A stretch of DNA of 52,791 nucleotides, counting the filler, from Porpidia crustulata (Eukaryota): assembly GCA_964255105.1 (NCBI GenBank). It is 4 parts of 4 records of this genome, joined end to end, with 100 filler letters (N's around TTAATTAATTAA, not from the genome) between each part and the next. Parts side by side here need not be neighbours in the genome. Positions count along the whole stretch, not along the records: positions 26,460 to 39,576 come from CAXUWE010000459.1; positions 39,677 to 52,791 come from CAXUWE010000460.1; 2 more parts are not named here. One strand, written 5' to 3'. A program made the translations under genes and the position numbers. Of the stretch, positions 38,037-49,857 are shown piece after piece; position 1 is the first letter of the stretch; each line of letters starts with the position of its first letter. Under the pieces are notes generated by a model. It was not told the origin of the DNA, searched no databases, and saw nothing but the letters and a program-made list of their open reading frames with translations.

Positions 38037-38215
38037 TATTTAAATAAATTGTAAAAACTGCAAAATACCGCTCTAAGGAAAACTTTAGGAGTATTCCGGG
38101 CCTCACCTATTGAAGCAATGCAAATAGAAGCCGAAATTCCGCCTGTAGAACTGCGGATGGATTAGAAATGCAGGACTTTCAGGCTTCGGGTCACGATTTT
38201 AAGAGACAAACCCAA
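38037..38215 (+). mobile_element. Mutated fragment of a non-LTR (LINE, Tad1-like) reverse-transcriptase ORF, thumb/connection region
   Basis: Reads YLNKL*KLQNTALRKTLGVFRASPIEAMQIEAEIPPVELRMD*KCRTFRLRV, matching the LINE pattern LQ.LQN.ALR.I.GAFR.SP..A.E.EA..PP...R. The TAA/TAG stops are consistent with mutated CAA/CAG; surroundings are AT-rich. Confidence 0.75.
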
Positions 38216-38859
38216 AAGCTGACGTTCTATCTCCTCTTTTAAATCATACCATATACGCTGTTCTAATACCTTAAAAATTCTCTTAACTTTCGCTATTGAG
38301 CGTACTAAGATTTGATCGAAGATTCTTCGTTAATAAACGAGAATTTAATAATAGTCAAATTATTATTCAGATAGACTCAATGATCTATAATAAGCAATAA
38401 GTAACATTTATCGAGTCCTTTACTTAAACATTTAACGGTCCGCGCGGACATCCTCAAGGAACTTGATTTGTTAGTATTGAAGTCGAATTTTGTGATCAAA
38501 GCTCTGACAACTCTGACTGTTTGCTAAATAAAGAAGATTTTCATACATCTAACGTGAGATTTACTATGTACCAAGCTATACTTCTTGGAATCGCGGAATA
38601 ACAGGTCATCAGGATACACTTTTCACTTATAATGTGGGTTAAAGAATAGCACGTCGCGTCCGGAAAACGGAGACGAAAGCAAAGGAGTAAAAGCCATGTA
38701 ATGGATCATCCACGAAGCGGGCATGGCCAGGGGTATTTGGGTTTTTGAAAGACGGAGAGAGTAGCTCAAGCCAAAGGACTAGGGATTCATTTCAGGCTAC
38801 CCACCTGTTGCGTCCCTACGCCTTTGCTCCCTCGGTACTCCCCTCGGGACTCCCTCGAT

Positions 38860-39400
38860 GCTCCCCCGTGCTTCCCCGTGGATTGACTCTTCGTCCACGG
38901 CGCGATTCACACCAACGATGGAAGGAGCCGGGAAAGAGTTGATGCGTGTGCCAGAACAGATCAACATCAAGGGGTCGGCATATTTGTTCCCATCACACCT
39001 TTCTCGTCTGTTTTTCATCAGCGGTATAAACATATAATACCTATGCGAAGCCGTTGTCAAGTTTCCATCTCACTTCAGATCATTTAGTCGGATATTTTTT
39101 TCCATGAGAATGATTGCTGTTCTCGAAACCGCAGCAAACAGGATCGAGGCTGAGACTTGGGCCAAAGACTTTCAGAATACACCTGTCGGATCCCAGGTAA
39201 CAGGCATCTGTTCAACGCAGGCGTGCATTTCCTTTACGGCCTCCCCTTGCGTCTCGTAGCCTACATCTTCGAATTTTAGCCCACATAAAAGAATGGTCAT
39301 TCATGTGTAGGTACCTCCGTATTGAAGACACGCGTCCAGATCCACACAGGCCAGATCAATAAGAGACTTTCCGACTGCGGCTTTTCCGATTCTCCGATTA
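38860..39400 (-). pseudogene. Frameshifted DUF1399 / glycine-rich-domain (GRDP-like) gene relic
   Basis: Across several frameshifts it reads LFAAVSR-QQSF...ASHRYYMFIPLM...MPT-LDVDLFWHTHQLFPGSFHRWC, matching the family hallmark PTLD.DL.WHTHQL. Boundaries approximate; it may extend to the contig end. Confidence 0.7.
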
Positions 39401-39576
39401 ACAGGTATTCCTTTGATGTCGTGCAGCGCCTTCTCCGGATCATCACCGGCGATAAATTGCTCTGCGTCGTCGCGCAGATGAGCACCGCTTACAATTTCAC
39501 CGGTTTCTTTGCCTTCTTATCCTCCCCCTCTGCCCTCCCGCACACCTCTTTAGCCCCTCCCTGCAGTGGTAAATTG

Positions 39577-39676
39577 NNNNNNNNNNNNNNNNNNNNNNNN
39601 NNNNNNNNNNNNNNNNNNNNTTAATTAATTAANNNNNNNNNNNNNNNNNNNNNNNNNNNNNNNNNNNNNNNNNNNN
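39577..39676. other. Artificial contig-joining spacer
   Basis: 44 N + TTAATTAATTAA + 44 N. Confidence 0.97.
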
Positions 39677-39989
39677 CTCTATAAATATCGGCTAGGTGGT
39701 CGTGGAGGATGGTTTTGAGATGATGGAGTCCGTCGGGTCCGCTGAGAGCCTTGGAGGCATCGGCCCAAGCGAATTCGGTGGCGGTGGCGAGCATTCGGTC
39801 TCGGTGGTAGCTTAGCATGTAGAATTGGCAGGGCTCGGCGGTGCCTGAGAGGGCGGTGTTTGTGGTACTTTTGGTTAGTGTGATGTCGCTACGGATCGAG
39901 GTGGTGATGTCGATGCTGGGATCCTGGGGATCTTTCGAGTGGGTGGGTGTGTGTTGGGGAACTGGAGGGTTTGTTCCAGTGATTGTCAT
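39677..39989 (-). CDS. ABZ2: Aminodeoxychorismate lyase-like protein (aminotransferase class IV); N-terminal part only
   Basis: ITTSIRSD...QFYMLSYHRDRMLATATEFAW resembles the fungal Abz2-like N-terminus. The frame runs into the gap. Confidence 0.65.
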
Positions 39990-40619
39990 GGCGTGAGTCT
40001 CGAATGCAAAGGCTGAGAAGAATGAGACTTTGGCTCTCGGTACGAACGAGTGAGAGCTTCAGAAGCTGTACCGTACCCTCGCATGAATACTGGCCGGAAG
40101 GGAGTAATGAAAATGCGACAAGTTTTCAGAAAACAACGATATAATTTTAAATACGTCTCAGAGGATAAAATAAAAATATAATTTCGTAGTAGAACAGAAG
40201 CTCATGCAGAGAGGTGGAAATATATATATTGTTATAGTCGTAGCGTTTCAGCAGCAGTCTTCTAACTCCTCTTTTGTGGCAAGGAATTCAAGTGAAAATA
40301 AAACAAATCTATCAGGCTTAGGGGAAATGGTCAGGGCTTTTAATAAATGTCGACTTTTACTCTTTGACACGAGCTACATCGATATAAAATATATCTGTAA
40401 ACATCAGATTGAAGCCGTGACGTATTCTGCGGCTTCGCTCGCCAAAAATTTCCGAACCGAAACTCCGGGAATCTCACGAGCTTCTTCGAGTCTTCATCTA
40501 CAAGACTCAGATATTCCAATTTCTTGCTTTCCTGGCGCCATCTGTACGCCTACATTTGAAGTACTAACAAGGTGCTTCATTGGGGATTATCAACCCTTTT
40601 TCTTGACAGTCCACGCATC

Positions 40620-42749
40620 ATGTCATCTAAGCCAGTCCCATTTTCTTCGGCGCCCAATACAGCTCTCGACACGTCCTCTCTCTCTTCTCAATCGTCATCA
40701 TTACCCTTGTGGGACCGCTTATCAACATGGGCTTCTGAGAACAGAGCTGTTGTCTACACAATTGCGGGTGTCGCGGTGGTCTTCTCCGGGGCTGGCGTTG
40801 TGTACTATTTGTCAGACTCACGGAGAAAACCCGCGGACAGCGCAGTTGAGCAAGAAAGGAAAGCCAGCAAGAAATCAAAAAGAAAAGCAAAGAAGAATAA
40901 AGGGGATTCTGAAACTAAGGCAGCACCTGAGCAGCCCAAGGAGCAGGGTGAGCGTTCGCTGTCCATCCTTGTTGTATTCGTACCTAATATCTTTGACGGT
41001 ATAGTCAAGCCACAAACACCCTCGGTGGAGTCGGATCCATTAGAAAGCCTCCCGACAATCGACGCGTCTACTGTCGAGTCACTGTCCGAACAGGTGGGTC
41101 ATTCTCGAGCGTACAATGCAGCAATAGGACACGTACCTAACTATTCTTAGGAACGAAAAGACTATTCCACAAAATTAAAAGTGGCTGGCAATAAAGCTTA
41201 TGGGGACAAAGCTTACAACGAGGCTATTGATCTGTATGGTAAAGCAATTCTTTGCAAACCAGATCCAATTTTCTACTCAAACCGAGCGGCCTGCTACAAT
41301 GCTATGGGCTCCTGGGACAAAGTTGTTGAGGATACCACGGCTGCCGTAGCTCTCGACAATGAATACGTCAAGGCGCTGAACAGGAGGGCGAATGCTTATG
41401 AACATCTTGAGAAATATAGCGAAGCTCTACTCGATTACACAGCCAGCTGCATCATCGATCAATTCAGGAACGAGCAGAGTGCACAAAGTGTTGAGAGGCT
41501 CCTTAAAAAGGTTGCGGAAGCCAAGGGGAAGAAAATCCTGGAGGCCAAGGAGAAGAAGTTACCGAGTCCAACATTTGTTACGAATTATCTTCAAAGCTTC
41601 AGACCGCGCCCACCGCCGGCAGGCTTGGAAGAAACAGCTGACATGGACAAGGACACCGGAAAAGAGCAACTACGAGCAGGTTTGGTCGCTATGAATTTGA
41701 AGAGCGGCGAAGGCTACGAAAAGGCATCAAAAGCTTTTGATAAGGCGCTCGAGCTTCGAGATTTGGATGAGCATGAAGCCTTTGCCTACAATATGCGGGG
41801 AACCTTTAGATATCTGCGGGGAGAGAACGCAGACGCCTTGAAAGACTTAACGCGAAGCGTCGAGCTTCAGCCATCACTGACCCAAAGCTTCATTAAACGG
41901 GCCAGCATGCACCTTGAACTTGGTAAGCTTCAGACAGTGCCGCCTATAGGATTTTATTGACTAATTGCATGTAGGCGAACGAGACCTTGCCGCCAAGGAC
42001 TTCGAGCAAGCTATGGAGCAGAAGGAGGATGACCCGGATATTTATTATCACAGAGCACAGCTTCACTTCATCCTTCAGGAATTCGCCGAGGCAGCTAAGG
42101 ATTACCAGAAATCCATTGACCTCGATAAAGATTTCATATTCTCCCACATCCAGCTGGGCGTGACCCAGTATAAGATGGGATCAATAGCTTCTTCAATGGC
42201 CACGTTTAGACGATGCATTAAGAATTTCGACAAGGTCCCTGATGTCTATAATTACTATGGAGAATTGTTGCTAGATCAGCAGAAATACCAGGAAGCCATC
42301 GAGAAATTTGATACTGCGATTGAGATGGAGAAGCAATCAAAACCATTTGGAATGAATGTTCTGCCGCTCATCAACAAAGCATTAGCTTTGTTTCAGTGGA
42401 AGCAAGATTTCCAAGAAGCAGAAAAATTATGTCAAAAAGCACTTATCAGTACGTCCTTTCGTTCCCACAGCCCCGTTGAACATCCTACTGACCTGTCACA
42501 GTCGATCCCGAGTGTGATATAGCCGTAGCGACGATGGCCCAACTGTTGCTGCAACAAGGGAAAGTCACCGAGGCGCTGACATACTTTGAAAGAGCAGCCG
42601 AGTTATCCAGGACAGAAGGCGAGATTGTCAATGCCTTATCATACGCAGAAGCAACAAGGACACAGTTAGAGGTACAAGAGAAATATCCAAAGCTTGCAAA
42701 CCGACTTCAGAGTATGGGCGGCGGAATAGGAGGGCCTGGTATGCGATAA
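40620..42749 (+). CDS. TOM70: Mitochondrial import receptor Tom70, 5 exons
   Basis: N-terminal anchor [28 protein letters not shown], a basic tract, then TPR repeats ([71 protein letters not shown]). Confidence 0.95.
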
Positions 42750-43460
42750 TCATACCTATCTAGGACTTCTAGGTTTGAATTTGCGTTGTACTAGGCGCCT
42801 TGCCATCTTACAGTCACCGTTGATACTACACTTTTGTATTAAAACTAGTTCTCCACTTCTACTGTGTCAGTTGTGTTTGTGAGCATGCAGCCTTCAGTCG
42901 GCGAGACCTGTGGTTACTGGCGTTTCTGTATCATAGATTGCCATAACATTTGTGGGACGGAATACAGGGTTCTTCCAGGGCTTCTAAAATTCGCCTAATG
43001 TGTCCATGACGTCTGGATAAAAGATAGAATGCTTCGGAAGAATCTTGTTTACCGGATTCGCCATCTCAATTAATGATTGACTGACATGTGAATGAGACAG
43101 TATGATAAGAGGACTACGGCGCCCTTCAAGCGCTGTGCAGCGACGTGGGTCTTTTGGCTTACACGCTAAACCTGACTAGTGTCAAATGTTTTTTGTAATT
43201 TTGGTAACCTCGACGTCAGCAACCCTCCGTACTCCAGAAATCTATTCATCTTATCGACTCCGAAGATATTGTCACCGCTGACCGTATACATCCACATCAC
43301 CATCTTCCGAATATCAGCGGCCCTGGACGCGTGAGCTTCGATTTTGTTGTCCATGGTGGATGCCTGATTCGACGCCACTTGCTGCCGTCCACCTCATCAA
43401 CTGTGCAAATCTTGACCCTCTACACTGGGTCCTACGGGAACGTCTCAACTTCGGGTCACC

Positions 43461-45599
43461 ATGGTTGCACCCCGGCGGAAGAATCTCATTAGCAGTCGGC
43501 GAAGAGTGGATGATGAGGGCGAGGACGAGGATGGTTCAACAGCAGCCGGAGTAGAGGATGAGTCGTTGAGCGAGGGATCTATAATCAGTGATGCCGATGA
43601 TGACGCAGATGCGGAGGGAAGTGATGGCAGCGATAGAGACTCCATCGAGCGGCGAAACCTCAAAGCGAAGACCCTGGGGAATGGACACCTTGGAGGTGGT
43701 CGAGACTCGCCGCCCAAACCAACCTCAGTCTCTGAGAAAGCTACCTTCTCAGCTGTGATGAATGATACGGCAGTCATGATGAACGGCCTGAAGTTCTCTG
43801 GTGACGTGGACGAAGGGGAGGAGATGGAATTTGACGACATGGGAAAGCAGGTCCAAGAGCCACCCGTAGCCGCTCCTGTGCAAGAAAGTGTAGCACCGAC
43901 GTCGCTCGATACACTCAGCGAGAGAAGGCGACGAGAACACGAAGAGTACCGAAAGAAGAGGGATGCAGATCCGGCCTTTGTACCTAATCGTGGGGGTTTC
44001 TTCATGCACGATCACCGTCCTTCTGCACCAGGACAAAACGGATTCAGGCCTTTTGGCAGGGGCAGAGGAAGAGGCAGGACTGGTCCTGGAGGACATTTTC
44101 TAACAATTGGGTACGCATTTGCAAGGCTACCGTGGTGCTTTCGTCCGCTTTTTACTAATGAACATAGTCACATGTCGCAATCTTCCGGACCTGTTGATGC
44201 CCCTTGGGCGCACGATTTGCACGAAACTGTTGTGCAGGAAGTACCGCAACCCGCCATCACACAAGGAAACTACCAAGGATCGCAAGACCGTACAAAAGCA
44301 CCGTTGTCCTCTCTCAAGCCTCAACCGCCAAACCGGTCATTCTCGAGGACTACCCGCATCGGAAATGTGCAGATCAGAGTTTACATGCCCGGCATGGTAG
44401 ACCCAATTTCGTTTACCGCCGTACCAGTAAACCAGCATACCCGTCTGCCTCATCACCGGCCGCCACTTCGTCGAGATAAACCTGTTCGTATATCGATACC
44501 CCATATGCCTATACGCTATATATTTCCCTCCATGGACAGGTCATTCATTTTCATTCCGAGAGCGCTACGTCCAAATCAACAGGGCTTTGGGAAAGCTAGA
44601 GGAAGAGGAAGCTTCAATGGGGGATATGGCAGCTTTGGTGGATTCTCAAGTAGGAAAACTAGCGCCTACGCAGGTAGTACTTACTCGCCCAGCGTCACCA
44701 TGAGCAGGAGATCTTCTCTAGTGCGTGAGGTCATGTTGGATGGTGTTGCGCCTTCCACATCAATGGAGCCTGCTAAGCCTGTTGTGCGGCTGCCGCCCGC
44801 CATCGAACAAATGCATGCAGGAAATCAGCAAGCCATGGAGGCAGTTGAAACTCCCACAGTCAATCTTCCTCAACCAACAAATTACCCTCTCCCACAAAAG
44901 CCAACTTTCAGAGAGAACCGGCCGGCACCGATACCAATGCACCAGCCAATTCCTCAAAAAACTGTGTCCGTTGCGGACATCGAGTCTCCAGCCACTCTCA
45001 ATTTTAATCCGCCTCAGCAGCAACAGCAACAGCCGTTCCATCAGCAGGTGCCCACACAAGCACCTGGCCAAGGTTATCCACCAGACATGACTTATTATCC
45101 TCATTCTCGTCATCCGTCCCATCCAAGTCAAGGTTCAGGCACTCCACTCTCACAGATACCTGAGCGAGCCATACATGCTCAGCCATTCCATCCGATTCCA
45201 TACCAGCAGCCTCAAGCTTTCTACCCACAACAGTACCCTCCACCAATATACTACTACCCAGCAGCTGATCAAATACCGGTCATGACACCCTCTATTGCTG
45301 CTCCTCCATTCGTACCAGGTCAACAATACCCCTACCCTGTTCATGTAACGGCGCCGCCGCCACCGCCATCCGCGGAGCCAACGACCCAACCAGGTACTGT
45401 TGCTCACGAAAGCCATGGCATGGTTTATTACTTCGACTCCTCTCAACTATCCGTTGCAGCGGAAACCAACGTGCAATATTCGTCTGCTACGTACGTAATG
45501 CCAGACTCTGAAGGTGTGGCTAGTATGGGTGGGATGATGACACCCCCGGTGCACTACTACCCCCAACACTCGCCGGCAGCCTACTATCCTCAACAGTAA
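43461..45599 (+). CDS. Btz/CASC3 (Barentsz, exon-junction-complex SELOR) domain protein with Pro/Gln/Tyr-rich tail
   Basis: DPAFVPNRGGFFMHDHR...GRGRGRG...WAHDLHE; probable in-frame intron at 44111-44167. Confidence 0.85.
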   Translation: MVAPRRKNLISSRRRVDDEGEDEDGSTAAGVEDESLSEGSIISDADDDADAEGSDGSDRDSIERRNLKAKTLGNGHLGGGRDSPPKPTSVSEKATFSAVMNDTAVMMNGLKFSGDVDEGEEMEFDDMGKQVQEPPVAAPVQESVAPTSLDTLSERRRREHEEYRKKRDADPAFVPNRGGFFMHDHRPSAPGQNGFRPFGRGRGRGRTGPGGHFLTIGYAFARLPWCFRPLFTNEHSHMSQSSGPVDAPWAHDLHETVVQEVPQPAITQGNYQGSQDRTKAPLSSLKPQPPNRSFSRTTRIGNVQIRVYMPGMVDPISFTAVPVNQHTRLPHHRPPLRRDKPVRISIPHMPIRYIFPSMDRSFIFIPRALRPNQQGFGKARGRGSFNGGYGSFGGFSSRKTSAYAGSTYSPSVTMSRRSSLVREVMLDGVAPSTSMEPAKPVVRLPPAIEQMHAGNQQAMEAVETPTVNLPQPTNYPLPQKPTFRENRPAPIPMHQPIPQKTVSVADIESPATLNFNPPQQQQQQPFHQQVPTQAPGQGYPPDMTYYPHSRHPSHPSQGSGTPLSQIPERAIHAQPFHPIPYQQPQAFYPQQYPPPIYYYPAADQIPVMTPSIAAPPFVPGQQYPYPVHVTAPPPPPSAEPTTQPGTVAHESHGMVYYFDSSQLSVAAETNVQYSSATYVMPDSEGVASMGGMMTPPVHYYPQHSPAAYYPQQ

Positions 45600-46447
45600 G
45601 GTCTTGTTACTGCTGGTATGCATAGGTTCTGGTCCTAAGTCCCCGTTTTTGGTCCTGTATTTTGAGCGTATGCATGCGAGCGCGAGCGTCATTGATTCTT
45701 TACTAATTAGCTTCTACGTGTCTTTAATACTTTCGTCATACTAGAGGCATTTTTCTGCAGCGCACCGGCCTCTCCGTGTCTTCTCCTCGATGAGACAGAA
45801 CAGCTGCTTGTCACGAGTCGCTTCGCATGCTAGTTGTCAGGTTGCTCAGTTACAGAACAAGGCTACTTCTTGTACAAATTACTTAGGGCGTACTTTCACC
45901 AAATCCCCTGTCCTTTAGTTAGCATTGGATCGCCATGATACTTCTCGCAAATGTGCAACTAATTTCTCCATGTGTTGAGCCCTCCGTTTCGCGCGGCACT
46001 TATGCACACCATATTTCATGGACCAGCATATTTCGAGGTGTTTTGAGAGGCAACAATCTCACCGGCCATCACATCCAATCCAGGCCTCCACTTGGTGTCT
46101 TGAATTCAATGAAGTGATTGTAAATCACATGGAAACACGAAATACTGAGGTAGGCAACAAAACACGGATTCATAAAATAGCCGAAAGAGGTTTAGCGCCA
46201 AGGCACCAAATCTACCTTACCTTCATGCTTACTCGACCTCCACTTCAGCTCTCACCTACATCTTCTTTCATCATCAACCCTCCAAGTTTGAACATCATTT
46301 GTTTCGGAATCTAGTCTCGGTCATCGTGAGCTACTCACATCCACACCACCATCATCAGACTGTCTCTTTTCACCTGTACAGGTGCTTAGATAAACCCCCA
46401 CTTTGGTCGTTCGTCATCCTACACTGTAGCCTTGTACAGCTCCAAAG

Positions 46448-49174
46448 ATGTCGAATATCCACCCCGCCGTATCCCCGGATCAACCCATCACTATCAAGAT
46501 TGCTTTGAGCAATAGTGAAAACCGGAGATTCAAGCTTGCTCTGAAAGAGCTCGGAGCAAATACTCTCCCGGACAAGGTACGTCTTACAATAAATCGCCTG
46601 GTCAAATCGCTCAACTTAGCAATATCAATCCTGATCCACGGCAACATGACTTACACTCGCCGTCAAACTTGGCCTTACTGATAGCGTCTTAGCTGCGTTC
46701 ATTACTTGCCATCCCACCAACACACGATGTTGTGTTTGAACGTTTCTCGGACAGCGCTGGATCCTACATCACGCTCGATAGCAACAACCCGTCTGTATAC
46801 AAGCAGCTTTACCGTGCTGCCAAAGCCAAGCTCAAGCTTCGTATCAAAGCCACCGTCACTGAAATTGGCCCTCATACGTCCATTACTTCCATACCGGAGC
46901 CGGTGCATACCCATCTTCTTACTTCTCAGCATTACATCCCCATGAAAGCCCTGAATTCTCCCAAGGTTGAAGCGGCAAACTCGCCGAAGATGGAAACGTC
47001 TTCCCCGGGTATATCATCTGTTGCTGCTATGCCATTAGACCCTGAGTCCAAGACGGATACGAATCGTCGCGGATACACGGAGGAACCTCGGCAAGTAATC
47101 AAGGACGAGTCTGTGAAAGAAGGTGACGACGAAGCACCACTCCCCGGTTTCTTTAACGCTCTTCACCATTTTGATGTCAAGACTGAGAGCATGGCAAGAG
47201 ATCCTCCAAATCCACTCCGTAGTGCGGACCAAGCTTTCACAGTCCCAGGAGTCGCCTTTACCATCTGCTGCAACAACTGCGACACTGGTATCCCTGATGC
47301 TCACTGGCACTGCAGCATCTGTGATGATGGCGATTTTGATCTATGCAGCAAATGCGTCGAGAAGGGGGTTTTGTGCGATTTTGAGGATCATTGGTTGATC
47401 AGGAGATTTGTCAAAGGTGGCAAGGTTATTAACAGTACTACTGAAACTATAGCTCCCAAGAAGTATGCGAAGGTTGAAGACGAGAAGGATGTGCCAGGTG
47501 CTTTCGACTGTAATATCAAAGAAGAGCTTCGGGAGTGTCTAGACTTGAGTCGCACATGCAACTCCTGCGTTCGAGGTGGGTCTCCTAATTGTTCGAGATG
47601 AGAGAGAACCTTATGCTAATCAGTCAAGTCTTTGACGAATCCAATTTCGTGACCTGCACAGTCTGTGATGATTATGATCTTTGCATTCCTTGCCACGTTA
47701 GCTTGAAGCATGGCCATCATCCTGGTCATACATTTGTACCTGCCTCTGATGATACTAGCCTTGATTCTATGGCTAGTAACCTTTGTGCTCCCGGCCGCAA
47801 CATTCGTCATTTTGCAGTCTGCGATGGATGTGATAAGGTACGTGCATACCTTTATTTGAAATCGGGTCCCCTAACGTTGCTTAGTATATCTATGGTACGC
47901 GCCACAAGTGTATGAATTGTCCTGACTGGGACTATTGCTCTGCTTGCTTCAATAACGCTCGTAAAAACCACCCTGGACATCGCTTTGTACCACTTTACGA
48001 GCCTATTGCTCAGATGCCACAGCGCAACCAGCGACATATCGGCATCAATTGTGATGGTCCGCTATGCAAAGATAAGGGATACGGGTCTTATATAACTGGC
48101 ATTAGATACAAGTGTGCTGTCTGCCACGACACCGACTTCTGCGCCAGTTGCGAAGCCCTACCTACGCTCCGCCACAATCGAACTCATCCTCTGATAAAGT
48201 TCAGAACTCCGGTAAGGGATGTTTCGGTGACTACTTTCGCGGAAAAAGATAATGGTGAAGATAAGCGTACTATGGGTGATCAGCATGCACAAACTAGTTC
48301 TAAGGCTACAGAAACTGTCTCCCCAGCACCATCCGCCAACGCTGCAACACAAGTGCAGACTATTGCAGAGGTCAAGCCTACTGAATCGAGGCCAACAAAG
48401 GAGGAACTTCCGTCCGAAGCGAGGAAGGCCGCCACCTCTGAGCTCCAAGCTCATTTCATCCACGATGCTGTTGCTGATGGATCTGTCCTTGGGCCAAACA
48501 CCCGATTTACACAAGTCTGGACACTTCATAACCCAGGACCCCACGCTTGGCCTGCAGGATGTAGCGTCCGCTTTACTGGCGGCGACATTATGTTTAATGT
48601 TGACCCGAATCACCCATCCAGTGTCAGCGAAATTGTTAAAGCTACCGAGAGCAATATCATTGATCGAGTCGTTGAAGTTAAAGAGGAAGTTAACTTTGCC
48701 GTGATCATGAGGACTCCAGAGCGTGAGGGCAAGGCGATCTCCTACTGGCGTCTAAAGACCGCTGATGGGCTGCCATTCGGCCACAAACTTTGGTGCGACA
48801 TTGACGTTCGCACTGCCAAGGTGTCCAACGCAGAAGTAAAGGCTGAGCACATCGAGGATACCGTTAAGCCGGAGGTCTTGGAGCAAATCGTAAAGGTCGA
48901 AGATGCTCCTGAGGGAGTAAAGCACGAGAGTACAGAGCACAGCCAGATGATTTTCCCTAAGCTCGACAAGGAGTCTCTTATCTCAAGCACCCACGAGGCT
49001 CAAAATGCACCCACCCCTGCTACCGACGTTGAAGGGAAATTACTCGAAGATGTTGAGACTTTGACATTAGAAGGCGAGTCCTCCACGGACGACGAATTCT
49101 TGACTGACGAAGAGTACGAAATGTTGGATGCCAGCGATGACGAGTGGATGGAGGCCAAGAATGGAAAGAACTAA
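46448..49174 (+). CDS. NBR1: Nbr1-like selective autophagy receptor (PB1-like N-terminus, 4 ZZ zinc fingers, FW domain, C-terminal AIM/LIR), 4 exons
   Basis: ZZ fingers begin CNNC, CNSC, CDGC and CDGPLC. FW domain FTQVWTLHNPGPHAWP...ISYWRL...FGHKLWCDI. The acidic tail DEEYEML matches the W/F/Y-x-x-L motif. Confidence 0.9.
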
Positions 49175-49857
49175 ATTTGAGACTAGGGAGATGAGACTGG
49201 AGTGGTGGGCTCAAATTGACACATTTGGAGGGGTGGAATGACGGACGGACATGGACATCTCAATTCTCCTTGGGGTTTTCGGGGCGCGTGGTCTTGCTAC
49301 CTGCTTCCTGAATTTAACATGCAGGCTAAGAAATGACAAAGTCCTCTCTACAAGGTGGAATCGTGTGATATTTGGTTTGCTGATGATTATGCACGACCTG
49401 ATGCTACCATACGATCATATTCTCCGTCATACTCAGTCTTTTGCACTATACAGTTTGTTAATCTTTTTCAGTCTCCCTGGCACCTTGGTCCCTAACCGGT
49501 GCAGCCATTTACTATTGGCGCCCGAGTAGCTACGTCCAAAGAATGGTAAGGGAGGCGATGGGTGATCATAATAATGTGACGATGGTGCATGTTGTTAGGG
49601 GAATAGTACTTGTATGCTTGTGCCCATAATATCTTAGAGCTAGATATTACAGGATGTGGATGATATTGTCCTCGGTTTCACTTGCCATACCTCGCTTATG
49701 AAGCCAGTCTCGAGCACGCTAGTGACAGCTGGTTGATTTGTGGAGAATCTCAAATTTCTTTCTAGCTCTGACCGCCCAAGATTTGAGGAAGAGCTCACAA
49801 TACTTCCTTTGGATAACCTCATTGCAGTATTTGTCGTTGCCCAAAAGAACAGCCGTC

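Noticed and set aside
40204..41004. 266-aa ORF
   Set aside because: It overlaps TOM70 in another frame, starts in AT-rich promoter DNA and has no recognisable motif.
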